Shown here: piece after piece, positions 13,404-27,835 of the stretch
Layout of the letters: each line of letters starts with the position of its first letter
Position numbering within the stretch: position 1 is the first letter of the stretch
Assembly (NCBI RefSeq): GCF_006345805.1
Contig: NC_043011.1
Coordinates: 40,684,464-40,748,463 of the forward strand
Origin: Octopus sinensis
Lineage: Eukaryota
Length of the DNA: 64,000 bases
Direction: 5' to 3'
Program-made: the position numbers and the translations under genes
The notes under the pieces: generated by a model
Database searches by the model: none
The model's input: only the letters and a program-made list of their open reading frames with translations
What the model was told of the DNA's origin: nothing

Positions 13404-13760
13404 CGGGAAGCTTTATGAAAATAGACAAAGACGAAGGCAGGTGGAAAACAACAACAAACAATTGTTTAGTATGGCGCTCAGGAATATAAATAAAACAAGT
13501 CTTAACGTTTCGAGCCTACGCTCTTCAACAGAAAGAACACAGAGAGAAAAAAAACACGAAAGAAGGAGAGAAAAAAAATGCGTGCAGTAACTAACGAATC
13601 AACATGGCGATCTGATTTCGGCCAGAGGTTAAAGATCAAACATGAGACGCGAGAGCGAAATAAGGGGAGATAATAGGGTTGATAATAGGGTGTGAATGAC
13701 CAGCTATTAGTGCGTAGGAGAGGTCTGAACGTGTGTGTGTATAGGGTGGTGTAGTATTAG
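13402..13760 (-). mobile_element. A6U-HHR element (copy 2, longest)
   Basis: Motif at 13501-13535: CTGTTGA-A-GAGC GTAG GCTC-GAAAC-GTT-AAG. Confidence 0.75.
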
Positions 13761-13940
13761 TATGTATTAGTATGTATAAGGGTGTGTGTGTGTGTTGTGT
13801 GTGTAATATATATATATATTATATATATTATATATATATATATATATAATATATATATATATATATAATATATTATAATATTATAATATATATATATATA
13901 TATATAATATATATATTATATATAATATTATATATGTTAT

Positions 13941-14280
13941 TGTGAAGGCGCATGGCTGAGTGGTTAGAGCGTCAAGCTTACGATCGTGAGGTTGTTGTGA
14001 GCTCGAATCCCGGACCGGGCTGCGTATTGTGTTCTTGAGCAAGACACTTTATTTCACGTTGCTCCAGTTTACTCAGCTGTAGAAATGAGTTGCGACGTCA
14101 CGAGTGCCAAGCTGTATCGGCCTTTGCCTTTCCCTTGGATAACACTGGTGGCGTGGAGAGGGGAGGCCGGTATGCATGGGCGACTGCTGGTCTTCCATAA
14201 ACAACCATGCCCAGACTTGTGACTAGGAGGGTAACTTTCTAGGTGCAATCCCATGATCAGTGTCGTGACCGAAGGGGGTC
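13941..14280 (+). mobile_element. tRNA-derived SINE family C
   Basis: A box tggctgagtgg, B box gctcgaatccc, followed by cttgagcaagacacttt core-like body. Confidence 0.85.
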
Positions 14281-14599
14281 CCGGATCCCGGATATATATG
14301 TAGGTATGTATGTATTTGTGTATGTTTGTTTATCCGCCCACCATCACTTGACAACCGATGCTGGTGTGTTTACGTCCCCGAAACTTAACACTTCGGTAAA
14401 AGAGACCGATAGAATAAGTACTAGGGTTACAAAGAATAAGTGCTGGAGTCGATTTGTCTGACTAAAGGTGGTGCTCCAACATGGCCGCACTCAAAATGAC
14501 TGAAACAAGTAAAGGAATATGTATATATATTTATGTCTGTATTCATGTTTAAAAAAAAAATGTTCTTAAGCTAAAAATTATTTAATTCATAGAAAACAA

Positions 14600-15295
14600 A
14601 TCTTTAAAAACAAAACAAAAAAGAAACAAAAAAGAGTGATTAACATGAACCCGTTGGAAGAAAAATATTCCTGTAAGCTCTTGAACGCCACAGCCCTTTC
14701 TAGCAGAGAGTTATTGTTTTCAGAGACATATCCGGGTGTGAGTGGTTTGTCTGGTATTTGTGGGAGGTAATCATCTAGGAAATGTCTGAATGCTATGAAA
14801 TCACTCTCCCTCATGTGGGCTGGTCCTATGTTGAAGAAAACAGGGCCGCCAGTTGAGGTGAGATAGTTCTGTCGTAGTGTTGACACGAGACGAACATGAT
14901 TTCTGTAGGGGACGGATGGTAAGGGAACCAAGCCTCGGATGAATTTTAAAGTTGATGCCTATATCGGTTGGGCAATGTTGATGTAATATTTTCCACATCA
15001 TACAGATGATACGGCGCTTAGGCGACTTTGGAGGTAATAAAGCCTGAGCTTTTTGAGTCGATCGCAATAGTGAAGGCTTGTCTGTCATGTTATCTATTTT
15101 TTGTGATTGATCTCTGGGGAGCTTCAATTTTCATAATATTGTGTATCGTGTAGGAGGATCACAGCGGACAACAGTATTCAAGTTGACGGCGAGCAAAATT
15201 ACAGAAAAGTAGAATAATATTAAGGCCGTCTCTAGACCGGCAAGTCCTGAGGATCCGGGAGCACGCCCTGCGAGCCATGTCAACTTTGCTGTTGT
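14600..15295 (-). mobile_element. CR1-group LINE ORF2 3' remnant
   Basis: Across stops and frameshifts: ARRACSRILRTCRSRD...QLEYCCPL*SSY...KIEAPQR, HYCDRLKKLRLY, MWKILHQHCP, LDDYLPQIPDKPLTPGY...NNNSL. Confidence 0.85.
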
Positions 15296-15304
15296 GGTAT
15301 ATAT

Positions 15305-15381
<77 letters not shown>

Positions 15382-15616
15382 CATTTTAGAAGAGGTCAAA
15401 TGATTTGAACTTAAACTCTGATATCTTAAACAAAGGCCAAGTCAGCAGGGTGATGAGTGGCTATAAGGGGCATCCAACTGAGCAAATATGGAGACAATTG
15501 ATTTAAATAAAGATAAATGTACAAAAAATATATACATGTATACATGTAAAAGACAAGGCAGACATAGAATTTTCCCATGGTTAACAATCAAGTATATATA
15601 TTATATATATACGAAT

Positions 15617-15664
<48 letters not shown>

Positions 15665-15771
15665 TATATTATATATATATATAATATATATAAATAAATA
15701 ATATATATAAATAAATAAATATATATATATCAATAAATACAATATATATATAAAATATATATATTATATAT

Positions 15772-15802
<31 letters not shown>

Positions 15803-16109
15803 TATATATATTATATATATATATATATAAGTCGTCACAAAGCCGTTCAGCTATTTTTGAGGGATCGGAGTTACTTCATAACGTTGACAGATGTAGTTCA
15901 TCAAAAATTTGCAGCCAGAAATGGGAGCGAATAAAATTGGTGAAATTCAGAGCTTCCCTCATCAAAGTGAATAGACAAGAGTATAACATATCAGATCATT
16001 ATATATCTATATCTATATCATTATATGCCTATATATATTGACAGTAGTTCATATATCCGAAAAAGAAGCACACTCTAAGACATTAGAGCAGTAATATGTT
16101 TAGAAGGCA

Positions 16110-16570
16110 AGGCGGCGAGCTGGCAGAAACGTTAGCACACCAGACGAAATGCTTAGCGGTATTTCGTCTGTCTTTGCGTTTTGAGTTCAAATTCCGCCGA
16201 GGTCAAATTTACCTGTCATCCTTTCGGGATCGATAAATTAATTACCAGTTGCGTACTGGGGTCGAACTAATCGACTGCCCCCACCATCCCTCAAAATTTC
16301 GGGCCTTGTGCCTAGAGCAGAAAAGAATATTTATAGGGTGGTGAGGTGGCAGAGTCGTTAGCACGCCGGGCGAAAAGCTTAGCGGTATTTCGTCTGTCTT
16401 TGCGTTCTGAATTGAAATTTCACTGATGTCGACTTTGCCTTTCAACCTTTTGGGGTCGATAAATTAAGTACCAGTTGCGTACTGAGGTCGATGTAATCGA
16501 CTTAATCTCTTTGCCTGTCCTTGTTTGTCCCCTCTATGTTTAGCTCCTTGTGGACAATAAAGAAATAAAT
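16110..16570 (+). mobile_element. Two tandem SINE B copies
   Basis: Heads at ~16110 and ~16340. Confidence 0.85.
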
Positions 16571-16704
16571 ATGTTTAGAAGTTTGTTTCATATGGTCGGT
16601 CAGAAAGTAGTTATTGGCTTTGCATCCATAAAGCGCTTAGCTGTATAGGTGACTCGTCAGACTAGCCTATGCAAACTAGCTTACACACACACACACGCAC
16701 ACAC

Positions 16705-16782
<78 letters not shown>

Positions 16783-17138
16783 TAGTGTGTGTATGTGTAT
16801 GAGTAAAACACATACGTTCACACATATTTGTATACTATTATTTACTAAACATTAACTTGGAGTACATACATAAGCTTAACCATCATTGCATGTATAAACT
16901 AATTGATATGAATATGCTTGCCTGTTGTAATCAGCTGTCGTGGACAGGCAGTTTCATTGTGGGTCCAAAAGAAGGAATTTTGTTATCTGTAGTGCCCAAC
17001 AATCTTATTTCCACATCGGAAGGTACTCAACATGGAATAAATTGTCGGCAGTATAAATCTTGGTTAATTACAAGATGTAAAATTTGTGATGAAACAGTGT
17101 AGATGCAGTTAACACTCTGTTTTATAAATGTAAATATT

Positions 17139-17309
17139 GGCGCAGGAGTGGCTGTGTGGTAAGTAGCTTGCTTACCAACCACATGGTTCTGGGTTCAGTC
17201 CTACTGCGTGGCATCTTGGGCAAGTGTCTTCTGCTATAGCTCCAGGCCGACCAATGCCTTGTGAGTAGATTTGGTAGACGGAAACTGAAAGAAGCCTGTC
17301 GTATATATG

Positions 17310-17340
<31 letters not shown>

Positions 17341-17548
17341 ATGTGTTTGTGTGTCTGTGTTTGTCTCCCTAGCATTGCTTGACAACCGATGCTGGTGTGT
17401 TTACGTTTCCGTCACTTAGCGGTTCGGCAAAAGAGACCGATAGAATAAGTACTGGGCTTACAAAGAATAAGTCCCGGGGTCGCTTTGCTCGACTAAAGGC
17501 GGTGCTCCAGCATGGCCGCAGTCAATGACTGAAACAAGTAAAGAGAGT
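17139..17548 (+). mobile_element. SINE A
   Basis: Full-length match. Confidence 0.92.
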
Positions 17549-17880
17549 ATTGTAAATGTACACAGACATCTCAAAAGTAAATAGACATCAGCGTTATCGA
17601 AAGGTTTATTTGCAGAAATAAAAATCATGTTTGATGCACTTAAATACTTAATCACTAGACACGCTTTGTACAACTTATTAAAGGATTTAACTTGTCGAAC
17701 ATCGTACTAATGTGTAGTGTCAGAGAAATGTATAATGAGGGTTGTCCATTTATATTTGACGTGTTTGTAAAGACGTTATGATAGTTTGTGGTGTAGGTAA
17801 ACATTGAAAAATATACACTGTAAAATAGACTTTCGTGCACATGTAATATTGTGAATATATACTGAGTATATAGTTTATAG

Positions 17881-17911
<31 letters not shown>

Positions 17912-17913
17912 TA

Positions 17914-17945
<32 letters not shown>

Positions 17946-17956
17946 ATATATAATAT

Positions 17957-18210
17957 AGGGAGAGAATTCACAAAAAAAACCAAAAGACAAAGACAGGTGG
18001 TGTAGACAACAAACAAATGTATTATTATAATGCGCGGAAGTGAAAAAGTAATAAACGTTTCGAGCCTACGCTCTTCCACAGAAGGAACACAGAAAGAAGC
18101 AAGGAGAGAAATTAAAGAATGCGTAGTGGCTAGCGATCTATCATGGTGTAGGCTGGGCAGAAGGGTCACACAGGAGAGCTAGGGAGAGGAGAAGGGGAGA
18201 TAACAAAGTG
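17957..18210 (-). mobile_element. A6U-HHR element (copy 3)
   Basis: Motif at ~18052-18085: CTGTGGA-A-GAGC GTAG GCTC-GAAAC-GTT. Confidence 0.7.
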
Positions 18211-18227
18211 TGATGCTATTTATATAT

Positions 18228-18259
<32 letters not shown>

Positions 18260-18260
18260 G

Positions 18261-18298
<38 letters not shown>

Positions 18299-18312
18299 AT
18301 ATATATATATAT

Positions 18313-18519
18313 AACGATGGGTTACTGAAAAGTTCCTGGCTTTAAGAGAGTCAGGAAAGGCATGGTTGGAGGCCCAAACTTCTGAGTTTTTTTACAGGGC
18401 TTACAAAAAACTGAAGGACTCGTGTAGTGAGTGGGAATATGTTGAATAAAATCATAATTAACTGATCCTCCTGTATTTTCTTTTACGTAAAACCAGGAAT
18501 TTTTCAGCACCCCTTCGTA
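18313..18519. mobile_element. Mariner-derived MITE
   Basis: Imperfect ~30-bp TIRs (acga.gggtt/gctgaaaagttcctggcttt) in TA context. Confidence 0.75.
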
Positions 18520-18737
18520 TGTATCTTTTAGCTTTTACTCGTCTCAGGCTTTGTAAGTCGCGACGATAGAGCGACTATAGAAATCTCTTAGTACAATAAT
18601 AACTAAATAATAATATGTATGCTCCGATTTTTAAAGCAACATTTATTATATAAGCAATTCGATTCTGGCCTGTGTTAGCACATCATTTTTCAGTCAATTG
18701 TTTATATAATAAATGTCACTTTAAAAATCGAAGTATA

Positions 18738-18809
<72 letters not shown>

Positions 18810-19737
18810 GTTATTATTGTATGTATAAATAAATATTTATATGATTTACATTCTATAATGGTCTCTAATGTTAAATTTAATGGTGCACGGTGTAGATATA
18901 AGTTTGGCAAGGATCGATTTTAAAGCAGTAAACCTGTAATCACATGGAACATCATTTGTCATTTTTCCAAATGCCCTGTAAGATCGAACATAAAACATTT
19001 TAACATATTTTAAACTAAATGTAAATAGAGATCGTATATCATATGTAATAGAATTAAAAGTTTGTGCTTCTGCACGTGAGCGTATTTTTGTCTGTGTGTG
19101 TGTACGTGCGTGTGCAATCTATGTGATCTACATTCATATTATGATATTTCTGTAGGTGTACATATTAAATTCACTAACGAATGCGCTCTGCGCTTCATTA
19201 TGAAGTAAATTGCAATGGATTGTGACATTTTCCCGAATACTTTTCGTCTGGTTAGTATATGAAGTGCCTGGTTTAGTGTTTGAAGTAGTTCAAATGATAA
19301 CTTGTAAATTTGAAGAGACTTCAAGTTTGAAGTGATTGGTTTCGACTCCCGTTGTTCTACCATGACGCAAAAACCAATTAATATCTGGCTATCACTTGCA
19401 GAAACTAGAACATTACGCAACCCAGCGAAGAAGCATCTGTAGAATCATACAACCTAGAAGAAATAGCTGCCAAATATTCCTCAATTAATACCCTATACCC
19501 TTAAAATAACAAGAACACCATATTGAAATGTGCGGTGAGGTTAAACAACAGACAGCAATTGGGTCGGACCTAAATATGCATTTGTCTTTTATTGAATAGC
19601 GAATACGATTTGGCGTCGGTCCAAATGGTGCGTAATATTATGACATAATATTTTATGTTTGGCATGTTAAAATCATACTGCGACAAGTTTTGTCTTTCAG
19701 CTTTGCTTGATCGATACATATAAGCCTTTTGATTTCT

Positions 19738-19773
<36 letters not shown>

Positions 19774-20073
19774 AAAGAAGTTTGAAAACGCCACTATATA
19801 AGATAAATGTAAATTTTCTTAGAGATTTTACATGTTTCGGTTCTTCTTGAAAAAACGAACCATATCAAAAACATTTTTAAATGTTAAGTGTAATTAAAAA
19901 GTTCATAATTGTTTCTTGCTAGTCTCAACAGAGTCCACGTGGTGGTGTTTTGTGGGGGGGGAGCATAATGGCTGTTTTTTTTGTGTGCATTGACTAGAAC
20001 CGTTGGCTGTGATCGTGAACATGACCGTTGGCCGTGATAGCAGTAATAATATATACATACGTATATATCATAT

Positions 20074-20110
<37 letters not shown>

Positions 20111-20464
20111 TATATACATATATATGTATATATACATATATATGAGAAATAAGTGAAATTGAGAATGATAAAGTATATCAGAAAATCTATTTTCATTTTT
20201 TTTTAAATAAATATATTTAAAAGATTTACATTTGTATGATTTTCAAAAGTATACACTATAAGGAACGTAGAACTGTGTGGCAAACTGTATAGTGATAAAG
20301 TTTGCGACACAAGTCAACGTTGACAATAGCGTTCAGTTTTAAAAATTACACTAGTGTAAAACCGGTTAAGTATATTTATTTTTAAATTTAAATAAATTTT
20401 TATTCACGCATATTTATACAATTTCTTCTGCATTATTGCATGTATGGTCTACTAACAATATATA

Positions 20465-20845
20465 TGTGGAGGCGCAATGGCCCAGTGGTTAGGGCAGCGA
20501 ACTCGCGGTCGTGGGATCGCGGTTTCGATTCCCAGATCGGGTATTGCGAATGTTTATTGAGCGAAGACACCTAAAGCTCCACGAGGCTTCGGCAGGTGGT
20601 GGTGGCGAATCCTGCTGTACTCTTTCACTACTTTCTCCCTCACTTTATTCCTGTTTCTAATGTACCTGTATTTCAAAGGACCAGCCTTGTCACACACTGT
20701 GTCACGCTGAATCTCCCCGAGAATTATGTTAAGGGTACCCGTGTCTGGGGAGTGCTCAGCCACTTACTCGTTAATTTCATGAGCAGGCTGTTCCGTTGAT
20801 CGGATCAACTGAAACCCTCGTCGTGGTAACCGACGGAGTGCCACA
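20465..20845 (+). mobile_element. tRNA-derived SINE family D
   Basis: A box tggcccagtgg, B box gtttcgattccc, ~380-bp body. Confidence 0.8.
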
Positions 20846-21594
20846 AATATGTGTGTGTGTATGTGTGTGTGCATATACATATATACATATATAAATGTTT
20901 GTGTATATATATGTGTATGTATATTTATATAAATATACTTATGTATAAATGCATATGTAGATGTATATGTAGATATGTATATATATATGTATGTGCATAT
21001 ATAGATATGCATAGACATACGTATATATATATTGGCACGCACATACACACACACAGGGTGTGTACATAGTCATTTCTAAGTAAGTGTGAATTTATATTTC
21101 TGTCAAATTCTTAAAGTAGGCGTAAAATGCTGGCTTTCCACTCCACTCTTTGAGAATTCTTATACGGATTTATGATTACGTATTTTATATAACTCATGTC
21201 AAAATGTAATTTTTCTTTTAATTCAAACTTTACGATGTTAAGTTACTGAGCTGTCGCAATGGCGTATGAATGATAGCAAACAGTGACAAACATCCTCCTA
21301 AACCTATGTTATGATTGACAACTAGCTTCGTCTGTACAGTATCGAGTATGATAACATGAAAACAAAAACAAAACGCACACACATACACGCACGCACACAC
21401 AAGAATGAAACAGTTTGTTTAGATTGACAGGAGAAAAAAAAATTTAAGCGATTAAATTAAAAATATTTTTATAGGTAGAGACTTGATTTTCGCATCTTCT
21501 CGAAAATAACGATTCCTACGCATGTGCTTTTCGAAATTCTGAACGACCAATTCATAAATACATGCCCTGGCATATATGGATGCACGTATTCTTT

Positions 21595-21830
21595 TATTCT
21601 TTTACTTGTTTCAGCCATTTGACTGGGGCCATGCTGAAGCATCACCTTTAAGTCGATGAAATCGACCCCTGCACGTATTCTTTGCAAGCCTGTTACTTAT
21701 TTTATCGGTCTTTTCTGTTGAGCCGTCAAGTTATGGGGACGTAATCACGCCAACATCGTTTGTCAAATGAAGGGGTGGGTGACAAACACAGACACAAAGA
21801 CACACAAACATATACATACATATATATATG
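21595..21830 (-). mobile_element. SINE A tail fragment
   Basis: Tail motifs only. Confidence 0.8.
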
Positions 21831-22020
21831 TATGTTTATGTATATATACATATGATATATGTATGTATGTATGTATTTATGTATGTATATCAATATCTAT
21901 AAAGCTGAAATGCGAAAAGTTTGTTTGTCTCATTTTGGGATTGGAACGGGTTAAGGGGCACTAGATGGGGTCGGATTGGCTCCAAAATTTATAGGGACAC
22001 GTAAAAAGAGGCGAGGGAGT

Positions 22021-23577
22021 GAGTGGACTAGGTTAGAAACCCTATCTCGAAAGTTGTAGCTATTAGGGCAACCAAACCCACTCTTTGACAAGTGTTTGTC
22101 GTTTCTCCCTTTCGGATATCAGCCTGTCTTCCTCCATCTTTCTCTTTTTTCCTTCCCCTCACTTTCTCTCTATAACGACGTTTGACAGCTTCGCCGTCTC
22201 TCTGTCACTCTTTCTCCCACCACCTCTCTCACTGTACGTCTGTCTGCATCTATAGAGAGAAAGCGTTGACAGCTGCAAAGTTTAAATATTCCCGCCACTG
22301 GTCTTTTAGAACGGTGAATTATTATCGCTCACCACCACCGCACAATCATAAAATATATTATTAATCAGATATATTGTGTTAATTTATATATGTATATATA
22401 TATATATATATATACACAAATAAATATATATATGCAAATATATATATATATATAAAGTGTATATATTTATACATATGTATATACATATATGTTTGTGTGT
22501 AGACATGTATATATATATATATATATAAATATATAATGTGTGCATATGTTTTCGGATTGAGCTGAAAATATGCACACCTGTTAAAAGGTGGTGCTCCAGC
22601 ATGGCCGCAGTCAAATGACTGAAACAAGTAAAGGAATAAAAGAATATATATATATATAAACTCCCACGCATATATTATATATACTCACCCATACTCACAC
22701 ATATATTATGCGTACAAATTTCAATACATATATTTCTTTACGCTGGATACAATTATGCCTTTTATATGAGTGGACTAGGTTAGAAACCTTATCTCAAAAG
22801 CTGTGGTTACTAGGGCAACAAAACCCACACTTTGACAAGTGTTTGTCGATTCTCCCTTTCGGATATCAGCCTGTCTTCCTCCATCTCTCTCTCTTCCTTC
22901 CTTCCTTCAATTTCTCTCTCATATACGACGTTTGGCAGCTTCGCCGTCATCTTGTCACTCTTTCTACCCCACCACCTCTCTCACTGTACGTTCTGTCTGT
23001 AATTATAGAGAGAAAGCGTTGACAGCTGCAATGTTTAAATATTCCCGCCACTGGTCTTTTAGAACGGGAATTATATCGCTCACCACCACCGCACAATCAT
23101 AAAAGATATTATTAATCAGATATATGTGTTATGTATATAGTATATATATATATATTCTTTACTCTTTTACTCTGTTACTTTTACTTGTTTCAGTCATTTG
23201 ACTGCGGCCATGCTGGAGCACCGCCTTTAGTCGAGCAACTCGACCCCGGGACTTATTCTTTTTGTAAGCCCAGTACTTATTCTATCGGTCTCTTTTTGCC
23301 GAACCGCTAAGTGACGGTGACCGTAAACACACCAGCATCGGTTGTCAAGCAATGCTAGGGGAACAAACACAGACACACAAACACACACACATACATATAT
23401 AATATACATATATACGACAGGCTTCTTTCAGTTTCCGTCTACCAAATCCACTCACAAGGCATTGGTCGGCCCGAGGCTATAGCAGAAGACACTTGCCCAA
23501 GATGCCACGCAGTGGGACTGAACCCGTAACCATGTGGTTGGTTAGCAAGCTACTTACCACACAGCCACTCCTGCGCC

Positions 23578-23612
<35 letters not shown>

Positions 23613-24650
23613 TACACAATAAATATATATATGCAAATATATATATATATATAAAGTGTATATATTTATACATATGTATATACATATATGTTTGTGTGTA
23701 GACATGTATATATATATATATATATATATAAATATATAATGTGTGCATATGTTTTCGGATTGAGCTGAAAATATGCACACCTGTTAAAAGGTGGTGCTCC
23801 AGCATGGCCGCAGTCAAATGACTGAAACAAGTGAAGGAATAAAAGAATATATATATATATAAACTCCCACGCATATATTATATATACTCACCCATACTCA
23901 CACATATATTATGCGTACAAATTTCAATACATATATTTCTTTACGCTGGATACAATTATGCCTTTTATATGAGTGGACTAGGTTAGAAACCTTATCTCAA
24001 AAGCTGTGGTTACTAGGGCAACAAAACCCACACTTTGACAAGTGTTTGTCGATTCTCCCTTTCGGATATCAGCCTGTCTTCCTCCATCTCTCTCTTTCCT
24101 TCCTTCCCTTCAATTTCTCTCTATAACGACGTTTGGCAGCTTCGCCGTCTCTCTGTCACTCTTTCTACCACCACCTCTCTCACTGTACGTCTGTCTGTAT
24201 TTATAGAGAGAAAGCGTTGACAGCTGCAATGTTTAAATATTCCCGCCACTGGTCTTTTAGAGCGGTGAATTATTATCGCCCACCACCACCGCACAATCAT
24301 AAAATATATTATTAATCACATATATTTGTTAATTATATATATGTGTATATATATATATATATATATAATTATATATATATATATAATATATATATATGTG
24401 TGGTGTGTGTGGTGTGTGGTGTTGTGTGTGTGCATATGTTATCTGGTTGAGCTGAAAATATGCACACCTATGTTAAAAGGCGGTGCTCCAGCATGGCCGC
24501 AGTCAAATGACTGAAACAAGTAAAGGAATACAAGAATATATATATATAAACTCCCACGCATATATTATATATACTCACCCATACTCACACATATATTATG
24601 CGTACAAAATTCAATACATATATTATTTACGCTGGATACAATTATACCTT
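22021..24650. repeat. Tandem triplication of a ~750-bp unit
   Basis: gagtggactaggttagaaacc at 22021, 22768 and 23971; the second interval is longer because of the SINE insertion. Confidence 0.95.
23156..23577 (-). mobile_element. SINE A
   Basis: Full-length, inserted in (TA)n of a tandem-repeat unit. Confidence 0.92.
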
Positions 24651-25399
24651 TTATCTCCTCCCCTATTTTGCCGTTCTCACCTAGACATATCACTCCATTT
24701 ATTCCTTTCCATAGGACATTGAACTAAACTTTTTCTTCTGTGTGTAGAACATAAGCTAATACTGTTCCAATTTAGCCGTTCTTACCTAGATATAACTCAC
24801 CAATACGTTACGACACAATATATAATAACTGAATTGCTGATCATAAAAATAAAATTTACTTTCCATTGCCGTCGTTGCTAGATGTGGTGGTGGTGGTGGT
24901 GGTGGTGGTGGTGGTGGTGGTGGTAGTGGTGTGACTAAGATATCATAAATATTGGGTACTCTCAGTGAGTCTAATCTAATCGTTTTATCAGCGCTTAGTA
25001 AAATACTATTTAATATTAATATCGCCATTTTTATCTCTGTTGCTGTCGAGTGCATTGACATTTTCCCGTGTCAAGGTTACTACGCAGCCGATAGCAATTA
25101 GTTTTGTGATGAAGAATTTTGTTGATAAGCTTAATTTATTTCTGATCAAATTTCTAGATTGCCTTAGGGGAAAAGAATCAGTATTCGTAAAATTAACAGT
25201 TTTATCAAATTAGAAATATTAAAAAGAAATAATAATTAAATTGTCGACCAAAAAATCACACGCTCGCTGTTCATTGCTTCGCATTATTATGACATATTTA
25301 ATACGACCACGCTACTACGTGCTTTAAATATTTATTTTCATTCATTGCATACTTTACACGGTCATATATGAAAATACACACACAGGGACACACGAACAG

Positions 25400-25433
<34 letters not shown>

Positions 25434-26003
25434 ATATATATATACATATATATATAACACATATATAATACATATATAATACATATATAATACATATATA
25501 TATATAACACATATATAATACATATATATATTAACACATATAATACATATAAGCATATATAATACATATATATATAACACTCAAACACACTCAACGCACT
25601 ATTTCTCGTATTCTATATTACATCAGTAAAGCCATTTTTGTAGACGCGGTACGAAACTCTATTCTCCTCGAATTTAAATTTTAAAATCGAAATTGTCGGC
25701 CATTTTGAAAGAATTGAAGATTTATAAACCTAAAACATTATCTTCTTCAAACTTATATCTGAAATTTCTTTTGCAATAACTGACAGCTGCTGCGAATGTT
25801 TACGAACAACTCCCATTGAATAAATACCGCTTTCATATCTGTTTGATGGCGTGAATTAGGTGTGTGTATATGTGCGCGCGCGCGCGTTTACTGACATGCC
25901 CTTCATCTCACAGAGGAAACATTTCTATCAAGGAATTCAAGGATAAATAAACATATTTTGATTGTTACTTCATATATATATATAATATATATATATATAT
26001 ATA

Positions 26004-26410
26004 GGCGTAGGAGCGGCTGTGTGGTAAGTAGCTTGCTTACCAGCCACATGGTTCCAGGTTCAGTTCCACTGCGTAGCACCTTGGGCAAGTGTCTTCTACT
26101 ATAGCCTCGGACCGACCAAAGGCTTGCGAATGGATTTGGTAGACGGAAACTGAAACAGGCTCGTCATATGTGTGTGTGTGTGTGTGTGTGTTGTGTGTAT
26201 GTTTGCGTGTCTGTGTTTGTCCCCCAACCATCGTTTAACAACCTATTCTGGTGTGTTTACGACACTGTAACCTAGCGGTTCAGCATAAGAGAATGATAGT
26301 ATAAGTACTACGCTTGCAAAGAATAAGTCCTGGGGTCAATTTGTTTGACTAAAGGCAGTGCTCTAGCATGGCCGCAGTCAAATGACTGAAACAAGGAAAA
26401 GAATAAAAGA
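26004..26410 (+). mobile_element. SINE A
   Basis: Full-length match. Confidence 0.9.
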
Positions 26411-26542
26411 GTAAATATATATGTATACATATATAAATTTGTATATATAATGTATATATACATATACACACACATATATATATATACATATATACATATG
26501 TATACATACATACATATATATATATATCTACATATATTAGAT

Positions 26543-26593
<51 letters not shown>

Positions 26594-26899
26594 GTAATAT
26601 ATATAAAATACATATATACATATATATATATGTATATATATAAATGTATATATACATTCATATTATATCTATATATAATATATATATATATATATGCACA
26701 CACTGACACACACACACACACACATATAGATAAACACACAAAGACATGGCAGAAGTCAATAGATACCCCATAAAATATCATTTAATGCTTATTTTAAAGT
26801 GAAACGGTTCATAATTTTTTTTAAGTGACATTATTATTTCAGGTCCTATACGTGACTGTTTAATCACGCCCCGTAGAAAAGAAGCCTCGGGGTCTGTCC

Positions 26900-27390
26900 G
26901 ATTTTTAAATAGGCCGTATTATGGGTCATTCTGAAGATGCACATAAAATTGTAGAAAACATTGGCATCCCGCTTTCTACAATTAATATGGCGATTCTGCA
27001 CTTCACCATCGAGGAGGAGAATTCCACATCACCTCGTCCAGGTTTGACCAGGGTCTTCTGACAGAACCCTTCACTTTGTTAGTCTGACATAGCAGAACAA
27101 GTTGGTATCAGTCCCAAACTTGGTTCCTATGGCAGAGCAGCAAGAAGGAAGCCACTTCTTTGACAAGTCAATATGAAGCGGAGAAAAGACTGGACCAGTG
27201 AGATGGTAGAGGGGCCACTAGCATTTTGGGACACTGTCATATTCTCCAGTGAGTTCAGATTTACTGTATTTTCTGACAGTGGTCGAGTGTGGAGACTCTG
27301 TGATCAAGAATTTGATGTGAAAAGATCGCAGCCAACAAAGAAGAATGTCAACTATTCTGTGATGATCTGGGAAGCAATTTGGAGCAATCA
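26900..27390 (+). mobile_element. Decayed Tc1-like transposase fragment
   Basis: RKDWT...FWDTVIFSSEFRF..FSDSGRVWRL..QEFD.KRSQPT...SVMIWEAIW. Confidence 0.8.
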
Positions 27391-27489
27391 GATATCATTT
27401 CGGTCGTATATGCACGTGCTGAGGTGGATAAATTAGATTTCGCATTTGTATATAAGATTATGGATACGAGATATTCATATTGGTATTCT

Positions 27490-27835
27490 TTTACATGTTT
27501 CAGTCATTTGACTGCGACCATGCCGGAGCAACGTCTTTAGTCGAACAAATCGACCTGAGGATTTATTCTTTGAAGCCTAAAACTTATTCTGTCGGTCTCA
27601 TTACGGGGACGTAAACACACCAGCATCGGTTGTCAAGTGATGGTGAGGGGACAAAGACAGACACACAGGCATATACACACGCATACATATACATATATAC
27701 ATACGACGGGCTTCTTTCAGTTTCCGTCTATCAAATCCACTCACAACGTTTTGATCGGCCCGAGGCTATAGTAAAAACACACTTGCCCAAGGTGCCACGC
27801 AGTGGGACTGAACCCGGAACCATGTGGTTAGTAAA
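27490..27835 (-). mobile_element. SINE A
   Basis: Near full-length; coincides with the end of the Tc1 fragment region. Confidence 0.85.

Larger units (their letters stand above)
13144..14518 (+). mobile_element. SINE A split by nested insertions
   Basis: Head 13144-13310, tail ~14310-14518. Confidence 0.75.

Noticed and set aside
13670-13692. ataatagggt repeats resembling telomere sequence
   Set aside because: Only two copies, and not TTAGGG.
13941-14030. tRNA-like A/B boxes here and at 20465 and 63466
   Set aside because: They continue into SINE bodies; I could not form a complete cloverleaf.
19139-19420. 93-aa ORF in unique DNA
   Set aside because: No recognisable motif or splice support; a few ORFs of this length are expected by chance.
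26930-26965. CUGAAGA-UGCA...UGUA-GAAA
   Set aside because: Lies within the Tc1 remnant and lacks stems I and III.
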